From contig NC_047018.1 in assembly GCF_902652985.1 (NCBI RefSeq), positions 28,954,001 to 29,018,000 on the forward strand: a DNA stretch of 64,000 nt. Direction: 5' to 3'. How positions within the stretch are numbered: position 1 is the stretch's first letter; the number at the start of each line of letters is the position of its first letter. This stretch comes from Pecten maximus. Lineage: Eukaryota. The notes below the pieces were generated by a model. That model ran no database searches. It saw nothing but the letters and a program-made list of their open reading frames with translations, and was not told where the DNA came from. The translations under genes were made by a program, and so were the position numbers. Shown here in pieces: positions 13,001-26,141 of the stretch.

Positions 13001-16000
13001 TAATTTGTTAAGTAGTAATATTGACAGTACAGACAAGTAAATAGTCATATTTTCGAGGCAGTCTGCCCCTTTATCGAGACACAAGTAAATTACAAATGAT
13101 CACATATAGACATAGAACTTGGAACAGTTACACAAATATAATGGTATATTGTAGTTTGATATAATTTTGTACATTTCACAATACTATTATCCACTTTTAA
13201 TTTCCAGACTTTCCCATTCTTTGGCATAGTACCAACCATATTGGATGAAAATGGCCAGGAAATCACAGAGGCTGGTAAAGAAGGATACTTGGTAAAACAT
13301 CATCACTTATCTCTTTTTGTAATATTACAAAGTAAAGCCCAATCTGATTAAAGTACAAATCATCATTATACACTACATTAAGAAGATCTGATGGTGGCCG
13401 TTAAAGGGTTAGATTTAGTTGGCCTAAAGGGTTAGATTTAGTTGGCTTTGGTGCTTACAATATAACAGGATTTTTTAGGCATTTATAGGGCAATCAAAAG
13501 GTGTCCCTTATAAGCCTGCTCTGCAGCGAGTGCAAATTTAACAGGCCAACAATGTTAAAAATGTTAATTAGCCTTTGAGCTGTCTGGTTTAAGCTCACTT
13601 GTATACTTCCCAAAGGTATCAACATTTCTATTTAAACAACTTCTTCTCAAAACACCAAGAGGCCCAGGGTTATCATACTGGGCCAGTAGCATGCTTGGAT
13701 GAGCGACCTTAAGGTCACAGGGGTCAAATGTGTTAAAATGTTTGAAAAACTTGTGAAACATGATATTGGGTCTGTAGCGTGCTTGTTTTTAGGTCATCTG
13801 GGATAGAGGGGCATGGGTGAATTTCGCTAAGAATATGATTTAATATGCTACTCCTCCTTAATGCCTGAGTAGATTACAGCTTAATGGGGCTGGTTTGTCC
13901 TATAAGGGGACAGTGCTGTGGCACTATGCATACGTTTTCCACTGAATATCATATTGTAAGTGTAGTGGCCGACGATGGGTGCAACCATCTTAATCTGGCT
14001 GACAGTTTGGGACACTCGGATATTATCGATTCAATAATGACCAACCATAATGGGTGCCAGCTGGAACAAACAGAAACAGTTTGATTGCATTGTTGAAAGG
14101 TCATTATCTGTACAATGGTCAAACAACTGTTATCAAAAATACATTCATTCATATTTGATGAATTTTTGAAAAACATAAAAATTTTAAAATGATGGAAGAC
14201 ATTATTTCAATGACTGTTAAGTGAAGTGCTATACACCTGTAAAATGATGCTAAAGTACCAGTAATTTTGATAGAATGTATATATAAGTCTGTTAAAATTG
14301 GTAAGTTATCAAAATAAGTTTTCTCAATATACAACCTAGGAAGACTGTAAAAACAATAACTATTTTTGGTGCAGTTGCTATTTATGTAGATTATCTGTTA
14401 AAAAAGGTGAAGATGATATATAAAATCAAATTGTGTTGTTGAATTTCAGGTGTTCAAGCAGCCATGGCCTGGTATAATGAGGACAGTTTATGGAAACCAT
14501 GAGAGATTTGAGACTGTGTACTTCAAAAAATTTCCAGGATATTACTGTACAGGAGATGGTACTAGAGTTATTTGTTGTTTCTTTTATGTATAATCTATAA
14601 AAGAATGACTGAAATCCTGAGTTGATCCTATCTGATTCCAGGATTAAATAGTTTTTATACTGGCCATTTCATTCTCTACATCTGTTTTGTTAGTAATTGT
14701 CAAAAGTTCATTGTAATGCAATGCTTGCTTGGGACTGAATAAAAAAAAGATTAACACGGGAGTGTTACTACACTGAAGGTTTAAAATTTTTGATAAGTAA
14801 TGTTTTCAGATAAATTTGAAATAAATCTTGGAACACATGTCTAAGTTTGAGCATGAGAACACTTTAATATCAACATGGCAATAGTATGACATTGTGGAAA
14901 GAAAAACATTTCATTTTAGTAAACTTTGTTTTATCTTTTCACAAAAATTGTTCCTGTTTAAACATTTAAAGTTTCTTTAAATCAATTCATGCTGTATATA
15001 ATTTTTTTACCATTTTATTATAGGTGCAAAGTTTGACGAGGATGGGTATTTCTGGGTGACAGGACGAATAGATGACATGGTCAATGTTTCGGGCCACCTA
15101 CTTAGTACAGCTGAGATCGAGAGTGCTCTGATAGAGCATGCACAAGTATCCGAATCTGCAGTGGTGTCCCACCCACACGAAATCAAGGGGGAGTGTACTT
15201 ACTGTTTTGTCACTCTCAAGGAGGTGGGTAAAAACTTACAAGCATGTTCACCTCTTAAATCCTTCCATTAAGAAGGAATCTGATTTCTCAATAAACCCCA
15301 TAGTCATAAAAGTAACACTCATCTACAATGACTGAGCATGTAACAATGTCATTGTACCGTAATACTGGCCAAATAATAAATCAAAACACAATAGTAACCT
15401 CAAAGTCGCAAAGGTTTCAACCTCAAAGTGTGTTCAGATCAAACAAACTTAATGACCCTTCATCGCAGAAGGCATAAAAGATTAATGATTGTAATACAAT
15501 GTAAATGTTTTTGTTTCAGGGCTGCGAGTTCAGTGAAAACTTGGTTGTGGAATTAAAGAAGAAAGGTATGAATCTGGTTAATTGTTGAAGATTGGAATAA
15601 GTTCTTAAGCAGCATTTCTTCTTTTTGCTTTTCCATATTTTGTGGATTTGAACTGCAACATTTGTGGTATATTTATTATGTTCAAAATAACTCTGATCTT
15701 AATAAAACTAAAACAGATTTTAACCACGGTATTTAAAGAAATATGTACTGTACAATTCAACATTCGATGAACATGAAAGACTTTATTACAACATATATTT
15801 GCCATTTAACTAAAGACCACTGTAGTTTAAGTGGCTAAAATTGTCATTTCAAATAAAGAGTAAGCAGTTGGGTAAATATAGAATTCCTTTTCACTGAAAA
15901 AAATTAACTTGTAATTGTGTGTATCAAATTTTAAGTGAATCTGACTAAAACTGTAAAACGGGTTAATAACCTATTTATCTTCGAAGTCATCCTACAGTCA

Positions 16001-16218
16001 TACCTTTTTACTTTTCAGTGAGGGAAAAAATAGGACCATTTGCATCACCAGACTTTGTTCAAAATGCTCCTGGTCTTCCTAAGACTAGGTCAGGAAAAAT
16101 CATGAGAAGAATCCTCCGCAAAATTGCAGTAGGTGACAGAAATGTTGGTGATATTACCACAATGGCTGATGAGAGTGTCATTGAGAAACTGTTCCAACTC
16201 CGCCCAGAAACTGCCTGA
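4036..16218 (+). CDS. ACSS2: Acetyl-CoA synthetase 2 (cytoplasmic/nuclear), 12 exons, N-terminal exons missing
   Basis: GT-AG exons in consistent phase: 4036-4111, 5229-5346, 6821-6936, 8757-8949, 9129-9262, 10961-11093, 12685-12741, 13208-13291, 14450-14558, 15024-15223, 15520-15565, 16019-16218. Motifs include [62 protein letters not shown] and [11 protein letters not shown]. The basic loop insert and SGHLLST favour ACSS2 over ACSS1. Confidence 0.95.
4450..5080 (+). mobile_element. 5'-truncated L2-clade LINE (ORF2 C-terminus, 3' UTR and tail) in an ACSS2 intron
   Basis: Reads [33 protein letters not shown]...[10 protein letters not shown]...GDRRF..AA.SLWN.LP...[11 protein letters not shown] (4455-4843). 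The 3' end GTAAAGCGCT...AGCGCTATACAA is followed by a (TAT)n-like tail. Confidence 0.88.
5697..6480 (+). mobile_element. Non-autonomous Helentron/HINE-like element with internal diverged tandem repeats
   Basis: Head hairpin TGTCGCCTGCAA...TTGCAGGTGACA, followed by repeated blocks (attacagatcaagtttgaac, tgctggagtta). The family assignment is inference. Confidence 0.4.
9818..10819. mobile_element. TA-flanked MITE, Tc1/mariner-pogo type
   Basis: TA|CAGTGCAACTTCCGAAAACCGAAC ... GTTCGGTTTATAGAGGTTCCACTG|TA, with subterminal ACCGAAC repeats and no transposase. Confidence 0.8.
11720..12140 (+). mobile_element. Degenerate HINE-like dispersed repeat
   Basis: Head TTTTTAGCTCA..CACCT...AGGTGAGCT hairpin followed by two diverged internal repeats (gatatcattcatatt at ~11860 and ~12016). 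Confidence 0.35.
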
Positions 16219-17039
16219 AAAGTGTCTTCAGAGAGGAAATATTGAATACTTTGACTGTTATATCATATCATGACCCAAAGTGATATTGTCAAGACTTGAG
16301 ATTTGTAGTATCATTATTATTATAGAGGCATCATTGTTATAAGAAGAGGGATTGCATGTAATTTTGTTTAGGGACTGCATTCAAAGGATGCATATGAAAA
16401 GAAATTTTGTTTTTCCAACTTTTTGACATTTTTGACTTGTGTCAGAATAATCTTAACAAATTTTTAATTTCTAAATTATTAGAACTTCGGTATGAAAATT
16501 AATACAATCATAGGCTATTTCTCAGGTGAATTATCCAAGAAAGTTATAATAACCAAAATAAAGCAGAGCAATACCTATTGTCACGTGTATTACATGTTCC
16601 TTGATATACATGTATATTACTTGTGAAATTATGATGTTAAAATGTTAAACAAGATGGAACTTACGCAATTCACCAAGAAAAAAACCCTAAAGAACCTGAG
16701 AAAAGTATTATAATATTAAATCAGATGACATTTTGTCCAGAACACTTAACCATGGCACAATAGCATAAATTTTTAGTGCAGGCACTATGAAGAAGGATTT
16801 CCAATCTCAACTCTATACATCTTGTTATGGAGACGGACACCTACATTTAATGTATTAAAGCAACACTTTCTCAAAAAAGGGTGAATCTGATATTAGTGGT
16901 CAGCATAAATTAGCCACACCACTGCGCTCATTTAATTACTGTCTCAAGTGCCTGCCTTATAATGTATATCAGAATTACCCCGATATGAACAAGATTGTTA
17001 CTGGAGGTGGAGCAATATTTATCTTACTCTGGACAGGGA

Positions 17040-17440
17040 TATCCAAAATTTTACCGGTTTAAGATTTTCTTATCTCGCCCTAGGTTGAGACAAGCACCAC
17101 ATGCTTTTTGCACGTTCTCAACAATTGCATTTCGTCATGTCAATAATACCATGATGTCACAGCAACAATATAATGAATCACGTCAACAATTCAATTACAT
17201 CAAAGCAACATTTGCTTGCAATTGATGTCGCATCAATATTAGATACATAAGAGGGTAAACAGGGTAAGAGAAAAATAATCATTCACTCCCATGGAAGTGA
17301 GACAGGAATCTCAACAACCTTCAAAGTAAGATACTTAAGCTGCCTAACACTCGGCAAGTTCTGTGTTTGGAATTGTAGAATCTTCTCCCCCCAGTTGAGA
17401 TTCCCCTGTCTCATCTCCAAGGGGGTGAAGGATTCTATTA
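17040..17440. mobile_element. Dispersed repeat with terminal hairpin (second copy at ~51150-51430)
   Basis: ttttacc..taaga.tt.cttatctc.ccctag and tttgcacg..ctcaacaattg are shared with 51156-51236. Inverted pair attcactcccatggaagtgagacaggaatctcaac / gttgagattcccctgtctcatctccaagggggtgaa. Confidence 0.55.
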
Positions 17441-20400
17441 GTTCCTTTCATGTGGAATCTATATAGGACAAATTGTCAAAGGTTGTACTTGCATTCCGTT
17501 ATTGATGATACAATGATATGTATCCTGTAGGGCACTGTGTGACCTTCTACAAGTGGATGTAGGTTAAATGGCGAGAAGTTACCAGACAAGACCATGTCAT
17601 TCCATAGACAGGCATGTCAGTGTAATCTTGTAGGAAGAACAACCAAGCAGCATAATATATGTGTATATGTAGTACTAAGTACATTGATCAGGAGAGCTGT
17701 ATCTGTATACCAGTTACCATTGTTGTTTACATTTGATTTTAATAGGTGTAATTCCATATACCATATATGTACATGGTATGCATGCAAAAACAGTGTTCAC
17801 TTGGAAGATTTGGGTTTTATTGGAGAAACACATTTGTTCCATATATTTTGAGATACATATTGTGTTACATGTTATGTTTACATCTATTTTGTTTTTATGC
17901 TTCATTTATGAAATATTTAAGCACAGTTAAACATCATTATAGAAGTGGAAAACTATGTATATATTTCTGTTGGATAAACTAAATTTAAAGTATACTGATA
18001 CACAAGCTGTTGACCATGTCATAAGTGTGTGTCTCTGTTGTTTGCACTGTTTTCTTTTTAATTACTGTAATAATGCATTTGTTATGTTTTAAACATGAAA
18101 ACAAAGCAATAGAAACTGTTTTCCTTTTTTAACAGTAAATTAACTGTAGCAAAATTATGTATTTGATATTCCCTACATAACACAAGGATTTATGTTTGTA
18201 TTCAGTTGTACCTGGTACATACTAATTGCAAACAAATGTATATAATACTGAATATACATACATAAGTTTAAAGTTGCAAAATGAAAATGAATCTTTATTG
18301 TTTTTCAATTGATGCCGCATTTAATTGTCAATTCTTAGGTATAAACTACCTGTGTAATATCTTTTTTCTGAAATGTTTTTTTATTATGAAGATTAAGTTT
18401 ACTAAACTTTTTGGTTTTATTTTGTTCATAACTCTGTTTTCTCAAAACTCTTCTCTATCAACGGGTAATATGTGGAATGAAATTTAGGATAAACTTGCAA
18501 TTTTCAAATGTGTTCGTTCTTGGTATTTACAATTCATAATAGTTATTTCCTTTTGGAAGATACTATATTGTAAGTGTATTAAAAGTGTACATGAATATTC
18601 AATTTTATATCAATATTTGCAATATTAATTTTCAATTGATAATCTATTGTGCTTTATTACAGCCAGTTTGGCTTTAACATTCAGAACAATTAAATCCTTT
18701 TCATTAAATATGTTTTATTTACAGATTAAATAAGATCACCTTTTTGGTAATATTTTACATTTTTAATAATCATTACACGATACCATGGTAATATTTTACT
18801 GTTAATAGGATTGGTTGTACACACAGGATTAATAAAACATGGTTTACAGGGTACATCACACAATGTATTGCTCAGGTAGAACTTTGGTGGAAATCTTAAA
18901 ATAAAACAGTGATTAAGAAGATTCCAGATGCTTGTGATATCAAATTTACACGATCGTATGTTAATGGGTGGAATTTAATTGTTGGTTGTTAAGATATTGA
19001 TGCTTTGGATTGTATTTATAACTATTTAATATACATATTGACTGCTTTCGTTCTCATCAACAATTAACACAAGTTGGAATTCCTGACCTACTTATATTAT
19101 GAAAAAGCATTGTAAGAATAAATATATTTATATTCTGTACCCAGAAATGACTTATCTTCATTTGGATATTGATACAATTGCATGGTGATGATATAGAGAC
19201 TGTTAACACATAAACAATAGGCAGGCTTATTCAGGAATTAAAAAGAAGGGGAAAACCCCCCAAAAAGCATTGGTAATAGAGCAAGAATGGTTAGTTAAAG
19301 TAACAAAGAGTGAAACTTCATATTTTCATTCATGGATGAGAAATCATTGAAACATAGATGTTTTATTTTGTGATCTTCTACACTACAAGTTATTGATTAT
19401 TTTAAGCCATGTAAAAAAGAGATCTTATCATTTTCGTTTTTGGAACTGGTATAACCAGTATAAGGTGAAAGATTGAGATCTGGAAGCACTGTTCTTGTCT
19501 GTAGATTACATGTGGTCTCTTGATAAAAGATATCAGTAAATGATTCAGTTTTAGAATAATTGCTCCGACAGTGTGTATGTGATGAAAGTAATTAAGAGCT
19601 TTGGAAGAGGCTTTGATTAGTGTGGCCAAAGTAAAATGAAGTTGGGGAAGCAGTAGTGCTATCGGTGTGGTTATATCAAAGTTAAATGAGCTGTAGTCGT
19701 AAGTGTGGTTAAGTGATAAAAGGTTAATGGATCAGTTTTGGAGATGTAATGAAGTGTATACAGTGTTATTTTCGTTCATTACTGTTTGTGTCATAGTATA
19801 AAGTATTTGTGAATGTCTTATTAACCCCTTAACATTTGTACATTATAGTATTGTAAACATCAAGTTAAATATTGGTCAAGGTTAAGGGGTCTAAATGTCA
19901 CAATTAAACATTTTGATATATATTTTGGTATTCATGTGTAGTCCCTGCTCTCTTTATGAATTCTTAGTTATGTAAATGTCTTAAAATTTCAATATGCAAA
20001 ATAACTCAGGGATTCACAGCAATGTCAGCAAACATCTACATTTTCCAAAATCCTCAAAAATTTGGCCTTTCATTTGTCAATCAAAGGTACATGCAGTACT
20101 TTGATACCAGGTATTGGTTAATATGCAAAATATTTACAAAATCAAGTTTAATTATCAAAATGAATGAGATACTGTTTAACACATTTTCTGCAGTATGAAT
20201 TTGTGTGTATTGTCTTTTACATGACTGAAATAACCTAAATGTCTAATCTCGTTCAGCATGTGACCATAGCCATTTCTTAAGACATCCATAAAAAAAATAG
20301 CAACCTGTTCATTATAATGCATCATTGTTCCTGTTTCTGTGATATTAGTATATAATGTGGTTTAACAATGTTTGGTATGTATGTCTTGAATTAATGTTCA

Positions 20401-20529
20401 CAAATGTTTTGTATATGAAACCAGTTTCAGAAAAATCTCTGTAACATATGTCTAGTAAATCCCACCATCATGTTTTATGGTGGAAGCAATCTCTTGATTG
20501 TGCTGTAAAATTGAGATTTGTAGGTGATG

Positions 20530-20690
20530 TAGAACATGCTTGATTTTAGGTAGGTAAATAGAGCATGCTTTATTTTAGGTAGGTAAATAGAACATGCTTT
20601 ATTTTAGGTAGGTAAATAGAACATGCTTTATTTTAGGTAGGTAAATAGAACATGCTTTATTTTAGGTAGGTAAATAGAACATGCTTGATT
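20530..20690. repeat. 29-bp minisatellite, ~5.5 copies
   Basis: tagaacatgctttattttaggtaggtaaa repeated. Confidence 0.92.
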
Positions 20691-21164
20691 TAATCAGTTG
20701 TATGTAACTTAGAACATTTAATTAGCTTTGTACACTTGGAATATTTTCCACAGATCAAATCCTTCCGTTAAAGGTGCTATTGACAATGACATCTCAGACT
20801 GATGTCGTACTTCAGGAAGTATTTGGTCAGGAAAATGAGGAGTGTGGGGATTTTAGGGTTAGCATAGATAGTATGTAAATGGCTTCACCATTAAGTACTA
20901 ACATGGCATTTTGGTGTATATGTATACTTGTAAAATCAATAAATAATCAAGAAACAAATGTAAAGTTCTTATGGCTTTTATTCTACATTTTCATGACACC
21001 AGAGTTAGAATGACTCCCAGTCATCATGCTTTAACTGGAAGGATGTAACCAGAAGAGGCCAAGACTCTGTGACACCGAGACAAACCAGGATAATTTATTA
21101 GAAAAAGGAGATCCACTTTTTGAATATATAACCACTTTTTAGGACACCATGGTCTGATTACTTA

Positions 21165-21333
21165 CTGTAAACGTACTACAGATTAGCGGAATGATTAATT
21201 AGAACACCAACAATAATTGCCATTGAAACCATTACAGATAAACTACAATTAGTGCATTTTAGTAATTTAGTAGAATGCTTCCAGTGCGTAAATTGCTAAA
21301 ATAAGATCAGCACTGAATTATGTACGTTTACAG
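21165..21333. mobile_element. Short TA-flanked MITE
   Basis: TA|CTGTAAACGTAC ... GTACGTTTACAG|TA, a perfect 12-bp TIR. Confidence 0.7.
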
Positions 21334-21671
21334 TATCTGTAAAAATCATAATGACCCAAACTAATAATATCAATTAGTTCAATATTATCTTTTTTGGGAG
21401 TTGGACAAGTTCACTCACTGCCTTGTGACTTTAAGCTCTTTACAATATAATCACCAGGGTAGGTGGTACTTTCAGTTTGGAGGAATCGTTTGTCACAGTT
21501 ACTGATGAACAACAACTCTTGACAAACTGTTCCTTGACCAATGAACACGACCAAGTGCTTATTGTGCATCTCCACGAACATTTCTTTGGATTCATCCCTC
21601 TGATTTGGATTCATCTTTTCTTTAGACAAGTCACGGATCTGATCTGCATCCCCATGTCTGAATTGAAATCA

Positions 21672-24600
21672 TCATCTTTGATTTACGATGTCAGTCATCC
21701 AGTATCTCATTAGAGCACAGAGTAAAACTTTGGACTCTGAAAAATACCAGAACATTCCTTTTATTTCTACTTGGACTGGGCATGGAAAAAATAATTTGGC
21801 AGCTTCTTTGATGATTATTTATCTACAGGGTGTGTGCCTCTAGTTATCCTGCTGACCCTGATGAATGTTGTGCTATTATGTAGTAAATTATCGGTGATAA
21901 ATCCAGACTCTGTAATAGATTTCAAAACTTTCTTGTAAACTTTTTATTTTACATATGAGGTCATATATGGACACAAAGATATATTCAAGTAATTTATAAA
22001 CAGAAAAATAATGAAGACTGGGATTTGGAGCAAAATATAATACAGTCAAACCTGCTCTAACGACCCCCTGTACATAACGACTGCCTGTCTATAACGACCG
22101 GTTTTAAGATTCCCCGTGAGATTTTACTATATAACGACCCTCTGTATAGCGACTACCTGTCTAATGTGGCTAACGACCGGTGATTTCGGAACGGCGGTCG
22201 CTAATTTGTTTTCTATAGCGACCGATTTCTGCCAGCCATCTTCTGCTCTCGGCAGTCATCCCTCATAAAATCCCCGGAAATTCAGACACATCGACCCTGG
22301 CTTGATTAAACAAACAAAGGACCACCACAACCCTGCCCTTAGTATATAAACAAAAGACCCCTACCACCTGTTAGCCTATAATTACTGTAGCTGCCCTGGC
22401 CTGGGGCTCGGTAAGAGAGGAGTCGGGTTACCATGCGTGTCGGTATTACATTACAACTGTGCACAGGTGGCTTCATTTGACACGGTCAGTTAATTTTGTG
22501 ATTACAACTAGGATACATCACTTCAATAACAAACACTGGTCATATCTGTCAACAAGATTTACTCACATGAAAGCCAATAATGCCTTTCTTAATCGTAGCT
22601 GTCGGTATCAGCGTTTGTACTGCCGCCATCTTTAATTAGTCAATACTAATAAAAAGTCGTAAACTGACACAAATATCCGGATTTCAATTTGGGTCAGAAA
22701 ACAAAATATTTTGGTTTTAAGAAGTAAGACTATAACACAAAATAATTAGTAGTAACACAAATATAATTAATTTACTAATTTATTAATTATTGTGTATTCT
22801 TTTTCTTTATTTATGAAAGAAAGGGAGATAATTTGATAGATACATATAGCATTATTTCAGAACAAAATATTTTAAAAAAATTATCCATAAGACCATTTTG
22901 AGTTATATTTTGTGTTTGGGTCCACAAATCATTAAATATTAAACCCTTCAGATTTATAAAGTTTATGCATTTATTTAACTTCTGACTGGTCTTCTGAATG
23001 CCCTGTTCAATGACAATTTATTTATGGCAGGTTTAAGTAAATTGGTTGGTGCAATAATTTGGACCTGTCTATAAAGGCAACCTGTCTATAGTGACCGTTT
23101 TTCTGCTTCCCCTTGGGCGGTCGCTATAGACAGGTTTGACTGTAGTTATAAAATACACACATATAAACGAGTCACATTTTTAAGATTGTAAAGAAATTTA
23201 TACCAAAGATGTAGAGATGGAATTCTAAAAATGAAATGTAAAAATATAAAATGTTTGTAGCATTAGTCATACAACAGGTTGTCACCATTCATAAGATGTG
23301 AAAATTAGACATACCATTATCAATTGCTACTGTTTCGATGTTATCCAGCTGTTTGATTTGTTCTTCAACTCTTTGATGGTCAGCAAGTACCAGCAGAGTT
23401 TTTAAATGCCAGAGATTATCGAATTCACTTATCACAACATCCTCCTCCCTCTCCGATATAGAGGACACTTGTTTTAACAATTTATCCAAGTTTTCTTCAC
23501 TGTAGCTAGTGTCTTTCACTGCCACTACAAAAATAAGTAACATTCAGCTTAAATTATAACAAACTGCTTTCTTTGCTACTCATCCCTCCCCCTTGTGTGT
23601 ATAATCAAACATGCCTTAAGTGACCAAATGTACATAGCTATTTACTGGTTTATAAAATCACAAATTGGAAGGGCTTTCCTTGTGTATTGAATTTTCCTTC
23701 ACTTGCCAAAACCATGTAGGAAGTAAAAGGAACATAACCCTCACACATGTACATGTAGGTACTAGTAAAAAGGAACTAAAATTGATGTGTAGGCTCTGAA
23801 AGGGACTTCCCAACACATGTTGGTACTAAAGGGGACACAACTCTAGCACACATGTAAACACTAAAAGGAACATAACCCTAACACATGTACATGTAGGTAC
23901 TAGTAAAAAGGAACTAAAATTGATGTGTAGGCTCTGAAAGGGACCAATCAGACTACCTCTGGCCTTTCCGGCAAGCTCGATTATTGAAAAGAATACCTGA
24001 GGAGTTCCAATTGATGTAGGCACTAAAGGGGACATAACTGTTTAAATGTTTCATAGTAAATAAGTACTACGTATACTTTAAACTTTTAGATAAAAGAAAC
24101 AAATAGATCCATCATAGAAGCCCATTTATCATGTATTTAAGATGTTGAAAAACTATTTCCCTCTAAGATTTTTTTGTTTAACAATGCATAAAATCTGTAA
24201 ATAAGGATACACACCATCTTGATCATACACTTCCCATACAGCCTTGACAAACTCCACCAGCTTTGGTACGTTGTTACATAGCTCTTCTCTCCGACTGAAT
24301 GAGGACATTGGACAATGAGAAAATACAGTGTGTGATCTAGATCTGATATAACATACAATTTATATACATGTTTGTTGTCTCCATTATACTTGTTCACATA
24401 TTATGATTGACATTTGATGTTAAGCTATAAATATTAGTAAAAGCCTCAACAATATCCAACTATACCTGATTTACAAATATTTCATTTTCATGTATGTAAT
24501 AAATTATGTACACCTTACCTTTTGTTCAGTTGCCCGCAGATTTCCTCTGTATGAACAGAGTATGTAAAACCCTTCTTGTTTTCTCCAAGAGTCTCTGTTT

Positions 24601-26141
24601 TCTCTCTCTCTTTCCTTTTCTTTTTCTTTAATTTCCTTTTTTGATTTTTTGTTAGTACTTGGTTAGCTTTTTCAATTCCATCTGTTTTCTGTTTCTGTCT
24701 TTGTCCTTCTGATGAGTCAGCGTTTCTTTGCTTCCTTTTCCGTCTCCTCCTCTTTTTAACTGTTATTTGTGCATACAGTACATTGTATGTGTTACATCAA
24801 CTTTAAATATAGTAAATGTATAATTTACAATATCTGATAAATATCCATGTAAAATATGAGTGAAACAACCAAAATTGTGTATAATGATGGCAAATAACCA
24901 GTTTCTTCAGTCTTAATCCTTACTTTAATCTCTTAAATTTTATCAGTAAAAATCTTGGCATTGGATCTATATCCATGAAATTAAATCATGTAAGATATCT
25001 GTGTTCAGTGCCTACATAAAATCTCTTGCAATGAAATGAAGATTGAAGACAATACGTACAGCAATCATAAATGATACCAATATATCGATGAAAGATTAAC
25101 ACAATATAGTAATGGCCTACATGTTTTGATCTGCTATAATCCCACATTTCATTGCTGCTAATATAAACTTAAGTACAGGGGGAAATTTGACTCTGCCAAA
25201 AAGGTTTACTTTTAAATATAACCTGAAGTGATAAACTAATTTGAGGATCTGGTTCTGTATAACACATCAGTCAACAGTTAACATTTGTATTAATGGTTGG
25301 ACTGATTCTACCTTCTTCTTCAGACTCTGATTCACTGATCTCATCCTCTTCTCCAACAAATTCTGGTCCTTTTAGACCTTCAAGTGGATAGTCTTTACTT
25401 GGAGGAACATCGGAGGGTTTGGTAATCACTCCGTAAACTTTTTTCTTTGGTATGACATGACATGTATAGTTTGCAGTAATGCATGTTTTATCAGTACCAG
25501 TTTCTTGTGCTAAAATATCTTGTTCCTGCTTTGTTGAAGGTTCAGATTCTTCAGAATCCCCATATAGACGCCGAAGTAACTTCTTCTTGAAAACTGAAAT
25601 AAATGGCACAAAATTATAAATATATTTTAATAATAATTATAATAATATATACATGTATAAAAAAGAAAACCTGTCAAAAATGGGATTGACAACAACAAAA
25701 TTAAAACTCAGCTGATGAAATATTTTGTAACTGTAGCAGGCCGGGTTTTAATTTTAAATGCTGTACATATATTTGTATGGTCAAATCTTTCCATTCCTAC
25801 AGAAGAAGGATTAACCAATTTGGTACACATTTCCCGTTTGGTCCCGCTCCTCAGGCCCACGATGTATACAAAACTAGTTCTTCTTCGCCAAAGGATACTC
25901 CAGTGGTTCATAACGAATACAGTAGTTACCAGCACAAGTTACGTATCCAAACTTAATATCATCGGGTCCGTTTTTATTTTAAAAAAGAATCACTTTAGTC
26001 CAACAGTAGACCACAATAACTGCACATTACATCTACTGTATATAGCTACCTAATTATATAACCAGACATATCATGTTTAGAGCTTTAGATTAAATATAAG
26101 TTCACATATTCTTTACCAGCATCTCTCATAGAATCGCACAT
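21672..26141 (-). CDS. ERICH1: Glutamate-rich protein 1-like (ERICH1 ortholog), 6 exons, ~316 aa
   Basis: Exons 26141-26117, 25593-25312, 24759-24519, 24342-24215, 23524-23315 and 21736-21672 are all GT-AG and in phase. The blocks VFKKKLLRRLY, KKRRRRKRK, LTKNQKRKLKKKRK..GFTY, LVEFVKAVWEVYDQD, LWHLKTLLVLAD and ALMRYWMTDI match, in order, the conserved blocks I recall from vertebrate ERICH1. Confidence 0.82.
22043..23142. mobile_element. TA-flanked MITE (pogo/Tigger-like) in the last ERICH1 intron
   Basis: TA|CAGTCAAACCTGCTCTAACGACC ... GGTCGCTATAGACAGGTTTGACTG|TA, with subterminal TATA(A/G)CGACC repeats. Confidence 0.85.
23727..23943. repeat. Local direct duplication (~80 bp, 137-bp spacing)
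   Basis: aaaggaacataaccct..cacatgtacatgtaggtactagtaaaaaggaactaaaattgatgtgtaggctctgaa occurs twice. Confidence 0.85.

Noticed and set aside
21411-21668. About 85 open codons in frame after the ERICH1 stop (possible readthrough)
   Set aside because: There is a double TGA TGA stop at the position where the homolog ends, and the extension has no recognisable features.
25708-26053. Overlapping 75-aa and 112-aa ORFs in ERICH1 intron 1
   Set aside because: No recognisable motif, and the ERICH1 model is complete and in phase without them.
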